A DNA stretch of 56,330 bases from Prevotella sp. Lineage in GTDB: Bacteria > Bacteroidota > Bacteroidia > Bacteroidales > Dysgonomonadaceae. The notes under the pieces were generated by a model. The model did no database searches, had not been told where the DNA came from, and saw only the letters and a list, made by a program, of their open reading frames with translations. The DNA lies in the NCBI GenBank assembly GCA_031285625.1, contig JAITVV010000038.1:1-56330 (forward strand), in the 5' to 3' direction. Below are positions 1-9,021 of this stretch, in pieces (position 1 is the first letter of the stretch; every line of letters starts with the position of its first letter). A program made the position numbers and the translations under genes.

Positions 1-1
1 G

Positions 2-184
2 ATAAAATTTGCTTTTGAAGAACTTGACTTATGGAGGATTTATGCGAAAGTCTACGAGTATAATATAGGCTCAATGAAAGTTCTTGAAAAAGTTGGTTTT
101 GAAAAGGAAGCAATTATTAAGTCCTCGGTTATAAAAGAGGGACAAATAGTTGATGAGCACTTATATAGTATTAGGAAAGAATGA
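2..184 (+). CDS. GNAT family N-acetyltransferase, RimJ/RimL type (5' truncated by window edge)
   Basis: Hand translation of frame 2: IKFAFEELDLWRIYAKVYEYNIGSMKVLEKVGFEKEA...YSIRKE*. Has the N..S.KVLEK.GF motif. Its TGA overlaps the next start (ATGA). Confidence 0.85.
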   Translation: MKFAFEELDLWRIYAKVYEYNIGSMKVLEKVGFEKEAIIKSSVIKEGQIVDEHLYSIRKE

Positions 185-1113
185 AAAAAGATATAGGAAG
201 TCATATTATCAATAAATTGGACTTACAGGATATAGTCAAGGTCTTATCCGAGGAGTTAAGCGGGTCGGAGTTAAACTCCGTACTTCTGGATGTGTTTAAC
301 AAGCGTGTCGGGCAGGAAACTCCCTCGTCTTTGCTTAGTAAATATGAAAGGAATAAACTTGTGCAACCTGCCGGAATAGATGTTTTGAGCTATAAAGAAA
401 ATGAATTGACTTGTTATAAAATCTTAGCAGGTAGAGGATTTGAACCCATAGAACTTTCCCCGGTCGCTCAGTTTGGGACAAGTAGTGTTGTTGCTACGGT
501 AGACCAAAAGAAAGTCCTAACTGCAATAAGAAACACAGAAGTACAGGCAGACCCGACCAATGCAATCGCATTACATTACGCATCGTTAAAGAAAAAAGGA
601 GAATTAGATAACAAAACCTATAATTACAGTAACATTTCACGAGTAATAAGGACACAGGTATGGCATAATCCTAATTTCGTCTCTCAGCATTTTATTGTTC
701 TCGCCCTTATTTCATGTGGTAGAGATACCGGTAGCTTTAATTTTGAGAAAGAAGAACTATTAAAACATTTAACTACATCATACGAAATATGTAAAAGTTT
801 CGGTGTGGAGAAAATATATTATGAGATTATTCCGTGCAAAGGTTATGACAGTCAAAGCCCGCTTATAATGGAATCAATATCGTATGTCCGGGAAAAGAAT
901 AGTAATCTTGAGGTCTTGGTTACAGCACCAGAAGATGATAATAACTATTATCAGGGCTTTAGAATAAAGCAGCAAATAGTGATTGGCGGCAATACGATTG
1001 AAATTGCTGACGGTGGATTGCTCGATTGGACACAACTGCTTTTAACCAACAAAAAAGAGCGAATGATGACATTCGGGCTTGGTATTCAGATATTATATCA
1101 ATTAACTAAATAA
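181..1113 (+). CDS. Hypothetical protein with class II aaRS (HisRS/HisZ-like) catalytic-domain motifs
   Basis: 310 aa. GFEPIELSP, ADPT, SRVIRTQ, NYYQG, IADGG and FGLGIQIL parallel HisRS motifs in order. Confidence 0.6.
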   Translation: MKKDIGSHIINKLDLQDIVKVLSEELSGSELNSVLLDVFNKRVGQETPSSLLSKYERNKLVQPAGIDVLSYKENELTCYKILAGRGFEPIELSPVAQFGTSSVVATVDQKKVLTAIRNTEVQADPTNAIALHYASLKKKGELDNKTYNYSNISRVIRTQVWHNPNFVSQHFIVLALISCGRDTGSFNFEKEELLKHLTTSYEICKSFGVEKIYYEIIPCKGYDSQSPLIMESISYVREKNSNLEVLVTAPEDDNNYYQGFRIKQQIVIGGNTIEIADGGLLDWTQLLLTNKKERMMTFGLGIQILYQLTK

Positions 1114-1115
1114 AC

Positions 1116-1913
1116 ATGCTAAAGAGTAAAGTCATATTTGAAGATGAAGAAAAAATAAAGATTAAATATCCTTGTTTTGAATTAAAGGATATTGTTGAGT
1201 ATTATTTTGAAATATGTACTCCTAACAATTCTATAACTCCATTTTCACTTGTGGCTTTGCCAAATGCTAATATCTTAGTTTCAATTTATATCTCTGATAG
1301 TAGTCAGACATTCAAAGTACATCGTGAACATGGTATAATTGATACATCGGGTGATAAGGTATCCGGTAGCTTAACAGAAGCAATCACTGTAATACACGCA
1401 CCCGGAACCCATGAATTTTCAATAAAATTCAAGCCGGGAGTTTTGTATTCCTGTTTATCTAAAGATATTTCAACTTTGGTGGATAATCATTTGTCTCTGC
1501 AAAAGTATCTAAATCAAAAAGTAATAGACGAACTAAAAATGAAAAGCTCTTTTGCCGAGCGAGTTCAGTTTGTAGAGAATTGGCTTTTAAGTAATATGAA
1601 AATCTTTAGTTCTGATTTCAAACTCAACACTGTAATAAAAGCAATTTACTATGTCAATAATAACCGTAATTACAAATTGAACACAGTAAGTAAGGACGTT
1701 GGTGTGTCAAATCCTACACTCAATAGATATTTCAAAGAAGTATTAGGTATCTCACCCAAACAATGCTTTAAAGTTTTACGCTTTAAAACTGCATTGAAGA
1801 ACTATCGTGCAAATGGTAGTTATGATTTATACGACGAATTGGGATATACCGACTTTTCCCATTTTGTAAAAGAAGCTAAAAATTTGGCAAACACAACTCC
1901 ATCAGAATTATAA
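1116..1913 (+). CDS. AraC family transcriptional regulator
   Basis: C-terminal TLNRYFKEVLGISPK and LGYTDFSHFVKE double HTH. Confidence 0.9.
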   Translation: MLKSKVIFEDEEKIKIKYPCFELKDIVEYYFEICTPNNSITPFSLVALPNANILVSIYISDSSQTFKVHREHGIIDTSGDKVSGSLTEAITVIHAPGTHEFSIKFKPGVLYSCLSKDISTLVDNHLSLQKYLNQKVIDELKMKSSFAERVQFVENWLLSNMKIFSSDFKLNTVIKAIYYVNNNRNYKLNTVSKDVGVSNPTLNRYFKEVLGISPKQCFKVLRFKTALKNYRANGSYDLYDELGYTDFSHFVKEAKNLANTTPSEL

Positions 1914-2037
1914 CAAAAAGAGAAAGTAATAAAGACTTATTCAGAGAATGAATATTAAAAATTATCAGTTAAAACCTATATTCACTTGCTGAATTCTGTT
2001 ATATAATCACACAACTAAAATATAAGTTTTAATTGGG

Positions 2038-2067
2038 TGTTAAACAAAAAGATGTTTTTGTTTAACA
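2038..2067. terminator. Hairpin between convergent genes
   Basis: TGTTAAACAAAAA-gatg-TTTTTGTTTAACA, a perfect 13-bp stem. Confidence 0.5.
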
Positions 2068-2102
2068 GAGAAGGCTTTCTTGTTAACCGTTTTTTTGTTA
2101 TT

Positions 2103-2870
2103 CTAAAGAGTCTCATCCCTTCTCAGTTCTTCCAATAACCCGTTTTGCCGCGGTTCCCATCCCAACAGCTCTTTTGTTTTATAAGCTGTTGCCGGTTCAT
2201 CAATGGTGACGATATCCGTCATCCATTCCAGGTATTTCGGGGCTTCCTCTTTGGATACGGATTTAACCGGGACATTGAGCTTTTTGCCAATCGCTTCCGC
2301 TATATCACGCATTTTGACTCCTTCCTCGCCTACGGCATTATAACGCATGCCTTTTAATCCTTTTTCGATAGCCAGTCAGAACAGGTGGGCAGCATCCAAA
2401 CAGTGAACAGTAGGCCAGCGGTTACTACCATCGCCAATGTAAACAGACGAACCACTCTTGCGCGCCTGTTCCATTATAAGCGAGACCAGTCCGTACATAC
2501 CTTGCCCATACACCGATGGCGGAAGGCGAACCACAGATGCCTTGATATTCTTTTCAGCCAAAGTCATTGCCGCAGCTTCGGATGATCTAGGAAGTTCGGA
2601 AGCAACGTCCGCTTCGGTAGCAAATCCATTGGTTTTAGGAAGTCCGAGAATTCCTCCTGTCACAACGATAGGTTTACTTGTACCCATAAGGGCTTCGCCC
2701 ATAGCTGCGATAGCCGCTTTATCAATTTCATTGGATTTGGCAAAGTTGCTGAAATCATTGACAAAGGCCGTATGCAATACCGCATCAGCCAGAGATACTC
2801 CCTGTTTCAGAATATCGAGGTCTTCAAGACTTCCCTTTAAAACCGAGGCTCCGGCATCAGTCGCCCCGAG
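2103..2870 (-). pseudogene. NAD-dependent epimerase/SDR oxidoreductase pseudogene
   Basis: GSLEDLDILKQG..VLHTAF..VVRLPPSVYG..RWPTVH. In-frame TGA at 2376-2378 (AHLF*LAIEKG) joins ORFs 2376..2981 and 2103..2348. The N-terminal GxxGxxG is missing, replaced by unrelated sequence beyond about 2870. Confidence 0.85.
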
Positions 2871-3071
2871 GCTTGCCTGTTCCCCTGCCCGAAGTGTAAA
2901 GAGGTATCCTGCAACGAAAACGACTGACCCGACGATGACGCATATCTTCAAACCAAAACAAGCATCCCTGATTAACATCAAGAATGCTTGTTTTCATTTT
3001 ATGCGTAAGTAGCAACTTCAACTCCCTTTCCTTAGAATCTGCATATCTATTATTCTATTTTTCATCTTCCT

Positions 3072-3371
3072 TTAGAAAGGCAGTTCCGGCGATCGGTAGT
3101 TATCATACAGTACCTGTTGAAGTTCTTTCTCGGGATAAAGTATTTTTCCTCCAATGGCCGTATAGCAGATCATCCGCTTATCACGCAAGGTCTGAAGCGT
3201 TCGAGGCGAGATATGGAGATACTCCATGACTTCCTCCCCACTCAGATAGAGTTCATCTGCCAATGTTGGGTGATGCTTGTCTCGAACATCCTGCACATCG
3301 TTCAAGGCTTGCTCTATTTGCCCTTCGAGTTCCTTGAACTCTTCGGACTTATAATTGATAAATTTGTCCAT
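3072..3371 (-). CDS. Excisionase-like helix-turn-helix protein (HTH_17 type) typical of Bacteroidota conjugative elements
   Basis: YLSGEEVMEYLHISPRTLQTLRDKRMICYTAIGGKILY. Confidence 0.9.
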   Translation of the reverse strand: MDKFINYKSEEFKELEGQIEQALNDVQDVRDKHHPTLADELYLSGEEVMEYLHISPRTLQTLRDKRMICYTAIGGKILYPEKELQQVLYDNYRSPELPF

Positions 3372-3373
3372 CG

Positions 3374-3661
3374 CTATTTGTTTGTATACTTCATATCGGT
3401 TTTTAGCAACTCAGAAATATCCTCTTCTTTGTAATAGACTTTACCACCCAACATTGAAAATGGTATCTTGCCATTGTTTCGCCACGTTTGCAGTGTACGT
3501 TTCGAGATGCCCAAAGCGCGGCAGACATCTGCCGAATCCATTCAGTCGTCTCTGGGGTTGGTACAATATAACTCTTTCAAAGCATTAGCTTCAGAAGTGA
3601 GCCTGTGAATCTGCTTTTTCAGCAATTCCCATGTGTGCAAATCAACACATACAATCTCCAT
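3374..3661 (-). pseudogene. Second excisionase-like HTH gene with a nonsense codon
   Basis: Not in the ORF track. Hand translation: MEIVCVDLHTWELLKKQIHRLTSEANALKELYCTNPRDD*MDSADVCRALGISKRTLQTWRNNGKIPFSMLGGKVYYKEEDI. TGA at 3542-3544 sits where Trp is expected. Confidence 0.85.
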
Positions 3662-3679
3662 TTTTTTAGTTTTAAATTG

Positions 3680-4469
3680 ATGGCTTTTTCGACCGAAGAT
3701 TTCACACCCCTAACCCCTACACCTGCCGGAAGAAAGAATATCTATTTCCCGAATCTTACGGAGGTAACCATCACTTCTAACAAAGAAAATGATAAATTGG
3801 AGCTGCCTCTCGGACTGAAATTCGGTATGAACTTCGAAGAAGTACTAAAAACACTTGGCAAGCCTACACTTGATAGACGTAATAATCCTCGTTACAACGT
3901 ATTTGGTGGATGTTCATGGGGAAATCACATTAAAAGAAAATCCGGATAACAGATACTATAATGTAGAACTCTTTATAGATACAACAAAGCCGGACGAATT
4001 TGTATTAAAAGAATTCACTATTCAGACTAAACGCTGGACAGAGACTTTCCCTCTGAACTATGTCCTGGAAGGGCAAAGTGCATTTAAAGACTGGTCGAAA
4101 CCTAACAAGACAACCCATTTTGTAGAATGGGCTATCAAAAGAAACTTTTTTGTAGAAACAGCTAAGAATAAAGAAGGAATAGACAAAATCCGTAAGGGTG
4201 AAATAACAGGCGTTGAGTTTGTGAAAGAGCATTACAGCAACTTTCCTGCTATTTATGAAGATGAATTCAGCCCCGAAATACAATATTTTACACTCTGTTA
4301 TATAAACCGTTTAGGAGGTGATATATGGTATGATACAGATACTAAATACCTGTACGAAACATTAGGGGACAAATACAATCAGGAAGCTGTGGAGAAAGTA
4401 ATAGACCAACGTCTGGAAGAATTTACTCCGGAAAATGAGTTCCGAAACAGCAAGCAATTAGGAGAGTAA
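3680..4469 (+). pseudogene. Frameshifted hypothetical protein, possibly toxin-immunity-like; may be 5' truncated
   Basis: LPLGLKFGMNFEEVLKTLGKP followed by FVEWAIKRNFF..IRKGEITGVEFV. Removing one G from GGGG at 3918-3921 fuses the two ORFs (CSW-EITLKEN). Confidence 0.65.
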
Positions 4470-4510
4470 TAGCCCCTGAATAGATACGAACCTAAATAAA
4501 ATATATAATT

Positions 4511-5272
4511 ATGCTGACAATACCCAAAATACTAGATACCCCGGAGTTCTTAAAGAAAGAGGGTAGTATTAAATGGGATGTTGAAAAATATCCTGACTAC
4601 TTCACTTATAACATAAAAAACGAAAAGCTGCTTGATGCCATTTGTCTTCTAAATCATAAAGCGACACTTGGCATCGTTGCTGCCTGTAGTGAATGGGTGT
4701 TCTGGCGATTCAGTAAAGAACGCCGGGTAGATAATGCCATCAATTCAATAGAGGCTCTCTGGCTGGCTATAGTAGACAAACGATACCTTCTGAATTGGAA
4801 GTACACAAGTTCTAAGGGTGAAACCATGTATGCAAATATATTATGGATTATTTTCAACAACCATCTTTTTATTCGAGATAATTATAAAAAAGGGGACTAC
4901 CAAATGCAGTTTCGCGTAGTTAATATGATAATGCTTGCACGCCATATAACTCCCAATCAGAAGATGTTTGATACTTGGCTCAACGACTGTCTGAAACGTT
5001 CGCTCAAATTGTTTCCTGCTCAATACGACCGGTGGGAAGTCCGAGACGATAAAAAGAAATATTCGCAACCATACGATTCAACTTCTGAACCACCCATTCC
5101 TCGTGAATTTTATTTCGAACCCGGTTTCGATTACCAAACAGCAGATATTCATGCCTTATTAAAAAAGTTCGTAGATGAAATCGATATTTCTATTGCAACT
5201 TTCTTTTTTACTCCCGAGAAGATGCTTGAACAAGGTTTTGAAGGCACGCCCTACAAATATGAACCGAAATAA
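4511..5272 (+). CDS. Hypothetical protein, array paralog 1
   Basis: MLTIPKILDTPEFL...LNHKATLG..SEWVFWR...LARHITP...FPAQYDR...GFEGTPYKYEPK. Confidence 0.85.
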   Translation: MLTIPKILDTPEFLKKEGSIKWDVEKYPDYFTYNIKNEKLLDAICLLNHKATLGIVAACSEWVFWRFSKERRVDNAINSIEALWLAIVDKRYLLNWKYTSSKGETMYANILWIIFNNHLFIRDNYKKGDYQMQFRVVNMIMLARHITPNQKMFDTWLNDCLKRSLKLFPAQYDRWEVRDDKKKYSQPYDSTSEPPIPREFYFEPGFDYQTADIHALLKKFVDEIDISIATFFFTPEKMLEQGFEGTPYKYEPK

Positions 5273-5281
5273 ATCGGAATA

Positions 5282-6517
5282 ATGACAGATAAACTAGAAC
5301 AAGTACAGGCTTTATATGAAGCAGACAAATATGAAGATGCAGTAGACCTCATAGAAAATATACTGAACGAAGACGAAGCTTATCGTGATTCATTCTTTCT
5401 TAATGGAAAATTACTCAATGAACAAAGCCTGTCGGCTCTATACCTGAAAGGGAAAATATACTACGAATGTGAAGATTATAGCGAAGCCGAAGAAGCATTG
5501 TCCGAGATACCCGAATCACATCATAATTACTACGATGCAGTTTTTATGCGCAGTAAAATGTTTTTCGATACAGGTGATTATGAAGAATCACTCGAACTGT
5601 ATGAAAGCATACCTCAATCCTCCGATAAATATTTTGAGGCACAGCATGGAATCGCATTGGTACATTGTGCGCAAGATGATCATCAAACCGCATTGGATGT
5701 ACTGAATTCGATTCCATTAGATGATAATAACTTCGGGAATATAATAAACAGTATTGCCCATATATACAGGGATTTGGGAAACAAAGAAAAAGAAATGGAG
5801 TATTATGACAAGGTTCCTGTAACGGATTCTGCCTATGGAATGGTGCTGCCAATGCACTTTCGATGTCTCTGTCTTCGTTGAGTTGTGCGGCTTTCGAGAT
5901 TTGCACTGGCAACTATCCCTGAGCACGATCAATGTTATTTCAATAGCATACAGAAAGCTTCACAAATACTGATGAAAGCTAGCTGAACAGACGAAGCTCT
6001 CGAACTTTGGCTCAAAATACCTGCCACGAGCGAATATTATAATACTGCGCTTTATTACAGAGCAAGTATTCTTGCCGAATCGGATAATCATCAGGCGGCA
6101 TTAGACGAACTGGAAAAGATACCCCAACTGGCTCAGGGTTATTTGAGTGTATTGGAGTTGAAGGCTAAAATATACCGCGATTTGAAAAACGAAGAAATGG
6201 CTGCCAAATATAACTTGTGGTATTATATTCTCGAAGAAAATTGGTGTATGGACCGAAAGTTGAACTCTTGCATCTTTGCTCAGGCCACACCGCAACAGCA
6301 ACTCGAATTCTGGGACAGCATCTTACCATCAAGCACCGAATACTATTATGCTATCCTGAAAAAAGCGTTGGTTTACAAAAAGGAACTGAAAGACTTTGAT
6401 ACAGCCCGCCGGATATTAGATACGATTCCGGCAGAAGGGCGTAAATGGCTCGAAGAGGAATACCGTTTCGACTTTAAGAAAGTAGAGTCATTTGAAGAAA
6501 AAAATGAAAATAAATAA
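5282..6517 (+). pseudogene. TPR-repeat protein disrupted by an internal inversion and a nonsense codon
   Basis: Repeats of about 34 aa (A...L..IP.....Y). ORFs at 5282 and 6143 share a frame. Stops at 5879-5881 (inside the inverted segment) and 5984-5986. Confidence 0.85.
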
Positions 6518-6532
6518 TTAAAATACAAAATT

Positions 6533-7306
6533 ATGCTAACCATACCTAACATATTAAATACACCAGAATTTTTAGATGCACCGTTAGACTATAAGTGGGA
6601 TAGAAAATTATCAGACTATCATGCAGTAGATGCTATGAATGACAAATTAGGAGTTGCTCTGTTTGCTCTAAATCATAAATCTACCTTTGGGATTGCTGCT
6701 GCTCTGTCCGAATGGATATATTGGCGTTTATCCAAACATATTAATATTCCGGAAATAGTGCCTATTTTAGAAGCACAATGGGCTGCAGATATTGATAAAC
6801 GCTATTCCTACTTGTGGGAGTTTAGAGATGCCGCGAAAATAGATGCTGAACAAAGGAAGGCCTATAATACGATATGGGTAATGCTTTGGATATTAGACAC
6901 ACCGAAATTTGCTTATTTTGATGGACGGTTTTTCATTAATCTAAATATAGATAAGTTAGCCATATTAGCCCGTTATATATCGCCCGACAAAAAGATGTTT
7001 GACGCCTGGTATGACAATGTGTTTAAAAGAGCAGCCAAACTATTCCCTGCACAATACGACCGTTCGGAAATAATGGAGAACAGAAGTGCTTATCAAGGTA
7101 AAACCTATGATTCCTCCGGTGAGCCTGTTATTTCAAGAGAGTTTTTCTGGGATGAGAAATTTGATTATCAAACGGCAGATAATACGAGATTGATAAATGA
7201 TTTTCTATCCGGTTTGGATTATGAAAATAATCCATATCTTAATTCTCCTGATAAAATGCTTGAGTTAGGCTTCAAAGGCACACCCTACCAATACGAACCA
7301 AAATAA
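6533..7306 (+). CDS. Hypothetical protein, array paralog 2
   Basis: MLTIPNILNTPEFL...LNHKSTFG..SEWIYWR...FPAQYDR...GFKGTPYQYEPK. Confidence 0.85.
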   Translation: MLTIPNILNTPEFLDAPLDYKWDRKLSDYHAVDAMNDKLGVALFALNHKSTFGIAAALSEWIYWRLSKHINIPEIVPILEAQWAADIDKRYSYLWEFRDAAKIDAEQRKAYNTIWVMLWILDTPKFAYFDGRFFINLNIDKLAILARYISPDKKMFDAWYDNVFKRAAKLFPAQYDRSEIMENRSAYQGKTYDSSGEPVISREFFWDEKFDYQTADNTRLINDFLSGLDYENNPYLNSPDKMLELGFKGTPYQYEPK

Positions 7307-7319
7307 AAATATTACAATT

Positions 7320-8129
7320 ATGCTGACAATACCAAAGATACTAGATACACCTGAGTTTTTAGATGCACCGTTAGGTTATAAATGGGATAAAAACTCTGCC
7401 GGATATTATTCGGTAGATGCAGAGAATGAAAAAATAGTGGATGCTTTGTGGCAATTAAATCATAAAGCGACGTATGGTCTTGCAACAGCTTTAGGAGAAT
7501 GGATTTATTGGCGATCGTCGAAATATATAAATAAAGAAACGACTCTTCTCGCTTTAGAAGCACAATGGGCAGGATTAGTCCATTACTTATATGGTGTAAA
7601 TTGGAAATTTGGAAATGAATATATTTCCACTCCGGTTGATGGTCCCTTTTGGGCTATGATGACTTGTATGCAAGATTGCAGGGAGAGTTATATGACAGGT
7701 GACTATTTCATTAACTCAAAAACAGATAATTTAGCTATATTGGCCCGCCATATTTCACCCGATAAAGAATTTTTTGACACTTGGCTTAATAATATATTAC
7801 ACACTTCTTCGAATTTATTTCCGGCAAGATATGACCGACAGGAGATCTTTGAAAATATGGATGATTATGAAGATAAATATTATGATTCGACGGACGAACC
7901 GGCAATCCCTCGCCAGTTCTTCTGGGAACCGGATTATAGTTTTGAGAACGAAGATAATGTAAAACTCATAAATGATTTTTTATCAAATCTAGACTACAAA
8001 AATAATACATTTTTATCATCTCCAAGATCGTTGTTAAAGCGTAATTTCAAAGGCACACCCTATATACGAACCCCAGTGAATAAGATAAACATAATCATAT
8101 TAAAATGCGCTGAAAGGTTTGAATGGTAA
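7320..8129 (+). CDS. Hypothetical protein, array paralog 3 (extreme C-terminus frameshifted)
   Basis: Same motifs. CCC TAT A TAC GAA CCC CAG TGA shows a 2-nt loss that shifts the YEP ending out of frame. Confidence 0.85.
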   Translation: MLTIPKILDTPEFLDAPLGYKWDKNSAGYYSVDAENEKIVDALWQLNHKATYGLATALGEWIYWRSSKYINKETTLLALEAQWAGLVHYLYGVNWKFGNEYISTPVDGPFWAMMTCMQDCRESYMTGDYFINSKTDNLAILARHISPDKEFFDTWLNNILHTSSNLFPARYDRQEIFENMDDYEDKYYDSTDEPAIPRQFFWEPDYSFENEDNVKLINDFLSNLDYKNNTFLSSPRSLLKRNFKGTPYIRTPVNKINIIILKCAERFEW

Positions 8130-8150
8130 CTATTTGTCCGTCCATACCGC

Positions 8151-8183
8151 AAAAAACTCATTGATTTTTCAATGAGTTTTTTT
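8151..8183. terminator. Bidirectional intrinsic terminator
   Basis: AAAAAACTCATTGA-tttt-TCAATGAGTTTTTTT between convergent genes. Confidence 0.8.
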
Positions 8184-8210
8184 ATTTGAGGCCTAATCAT
8201 ATTACAAATT

Positions 8211-8960
8211 TTATTTTTTGAGTATTCTCGTTAAATAAGTGACATCTAATAAATTCACCGTCTCAAAATTTCCTTTATAAAATACAGCCCAGTTATTAAA
8301 AACACAGGGTAATTCCTTGGCTTTTTGTAGAGTATCCACTTGCATTAATGATACAGGAAGCTTATTCATTTCACAATACTGCTTTATCATTTCAATACTT
8401 TGATAGACATAGGGGCATTGCATATCATAATAAATTGTTAGCTCTTTGTTTTCAATCCCTTGGCCTTTGACACTTGGTGAAAACTTTGGCTTTGCTCCAT
8501 CAAAAGAAAGGGCAAGCAACTCATATCCATTATCAGTAGTATCAACAACTTCAAAACCGAACTTCTTCGCAAATGATTGATCTGTAAGCCAGTTTTTTTG
8601 CTTTTTTGCTCCGAGCATACAAATGCCGGACCTACCTTTTTCTTTAGCATCGGCCACGCAATACTCCATCAGCGATTTTCCATATCCTTTTCCTTTATGA
8701 TTACCCAAAGCCCATAAGCAATACAGATAATAATAATTATTACCGGTTATAGGAACCCAAGCCATTTCAAGCGGAGCATATTCAATAAAGACGGTAGCTT
8801 TTGCCTTTAATTTTCTAAAAACATGCCCTTCATTTAGTCGGTCAGAAAGCCATTGTCGTTTAGCCTCAATACCTTGATGAGGCTTTTTACTACGGATAAT
8901 ACAGCATAAATGCTCATCAGCGAGATTTTCTGTTGTTATGTTTATAAAATCAGTATCCAT
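8211..8960 (-). CDS. GNAT acetyltransferase with YoaP-like C-terminal domain
   Basis: FIEYAP, KGKGYGKSL, QCPY, PCVFNNWAVFYKG. Confidence 0.85.
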   Translation of the reverse strand: MDTDFINITTENLADEHLCCIIRSKKPHQGIEAKRQWLSDRLNEGHVFRKLKAKATVFIEYAPLEMAWVPITGNNYYYLYCLWALGNHKGKGYGKSLMEYCVADAKEKGRSGICMLGAKKQKNWLTDQSFAKKFGFEVVDTTDNGYELLALSFDGAKPKFSPSVKGQGIENKELTIYYDMQCPYVYQSIEMIKQYCEMNKLPVSLMQVDTLQKAKELPCVFNNWAVFYKGNFETVNLLDVTYLTRILKK

Positions 8961-9021
8961 GTTTGACTCTGATTAGCTGCTTTATTGTTAATACCATGAA
9001 ATGTAAATGTAGCTAATTTAT

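Larger units (their letters stand above)
2870..3680 (-). mobile_element. Remnant of an integrative conjugative element
   Basis: Tandem HTH_17 pair flanked by damaged genes. No integrase in the window. Confidence 0.65.

Noticed and set aside
1905-2045. attC-like site (TAAC...GTT with a 15/17 inverted repeat at about 1967-2035)
   Set aside because: Single instance in AT-rich DNA, no integrase, and no similar site at neighbouring gene junctions.
3605-3679. N-terminal part of ORF 3605..3949
   Set aside because: It is antisense to the real HTH pseudogene (3374-3661).
5544-5912. Minus-strand 122-aa ORF
   Set aside because: A shadow ORF. Only its first ~22 residues look protein-like, because they are the inverted TPR segment.
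2376-5986. Three in-frame TGA stops (2376, 3542, 5984) suggesting TGA recoding
   Set aside because: They fall at probable Arg (CGA) or Trp (TGG) positions and are simple transitions. Core genes use TGG for Trp and several end in TGA. The same region also has frameshifts and truncations.
4480-8130. Array as a CRISPR, integron or diversity-generating retroelement
   Set aside because: The repeats are coding gene termini. No cas, intI or reverse transcriptase gene and no attC-like palindromes between the genes.
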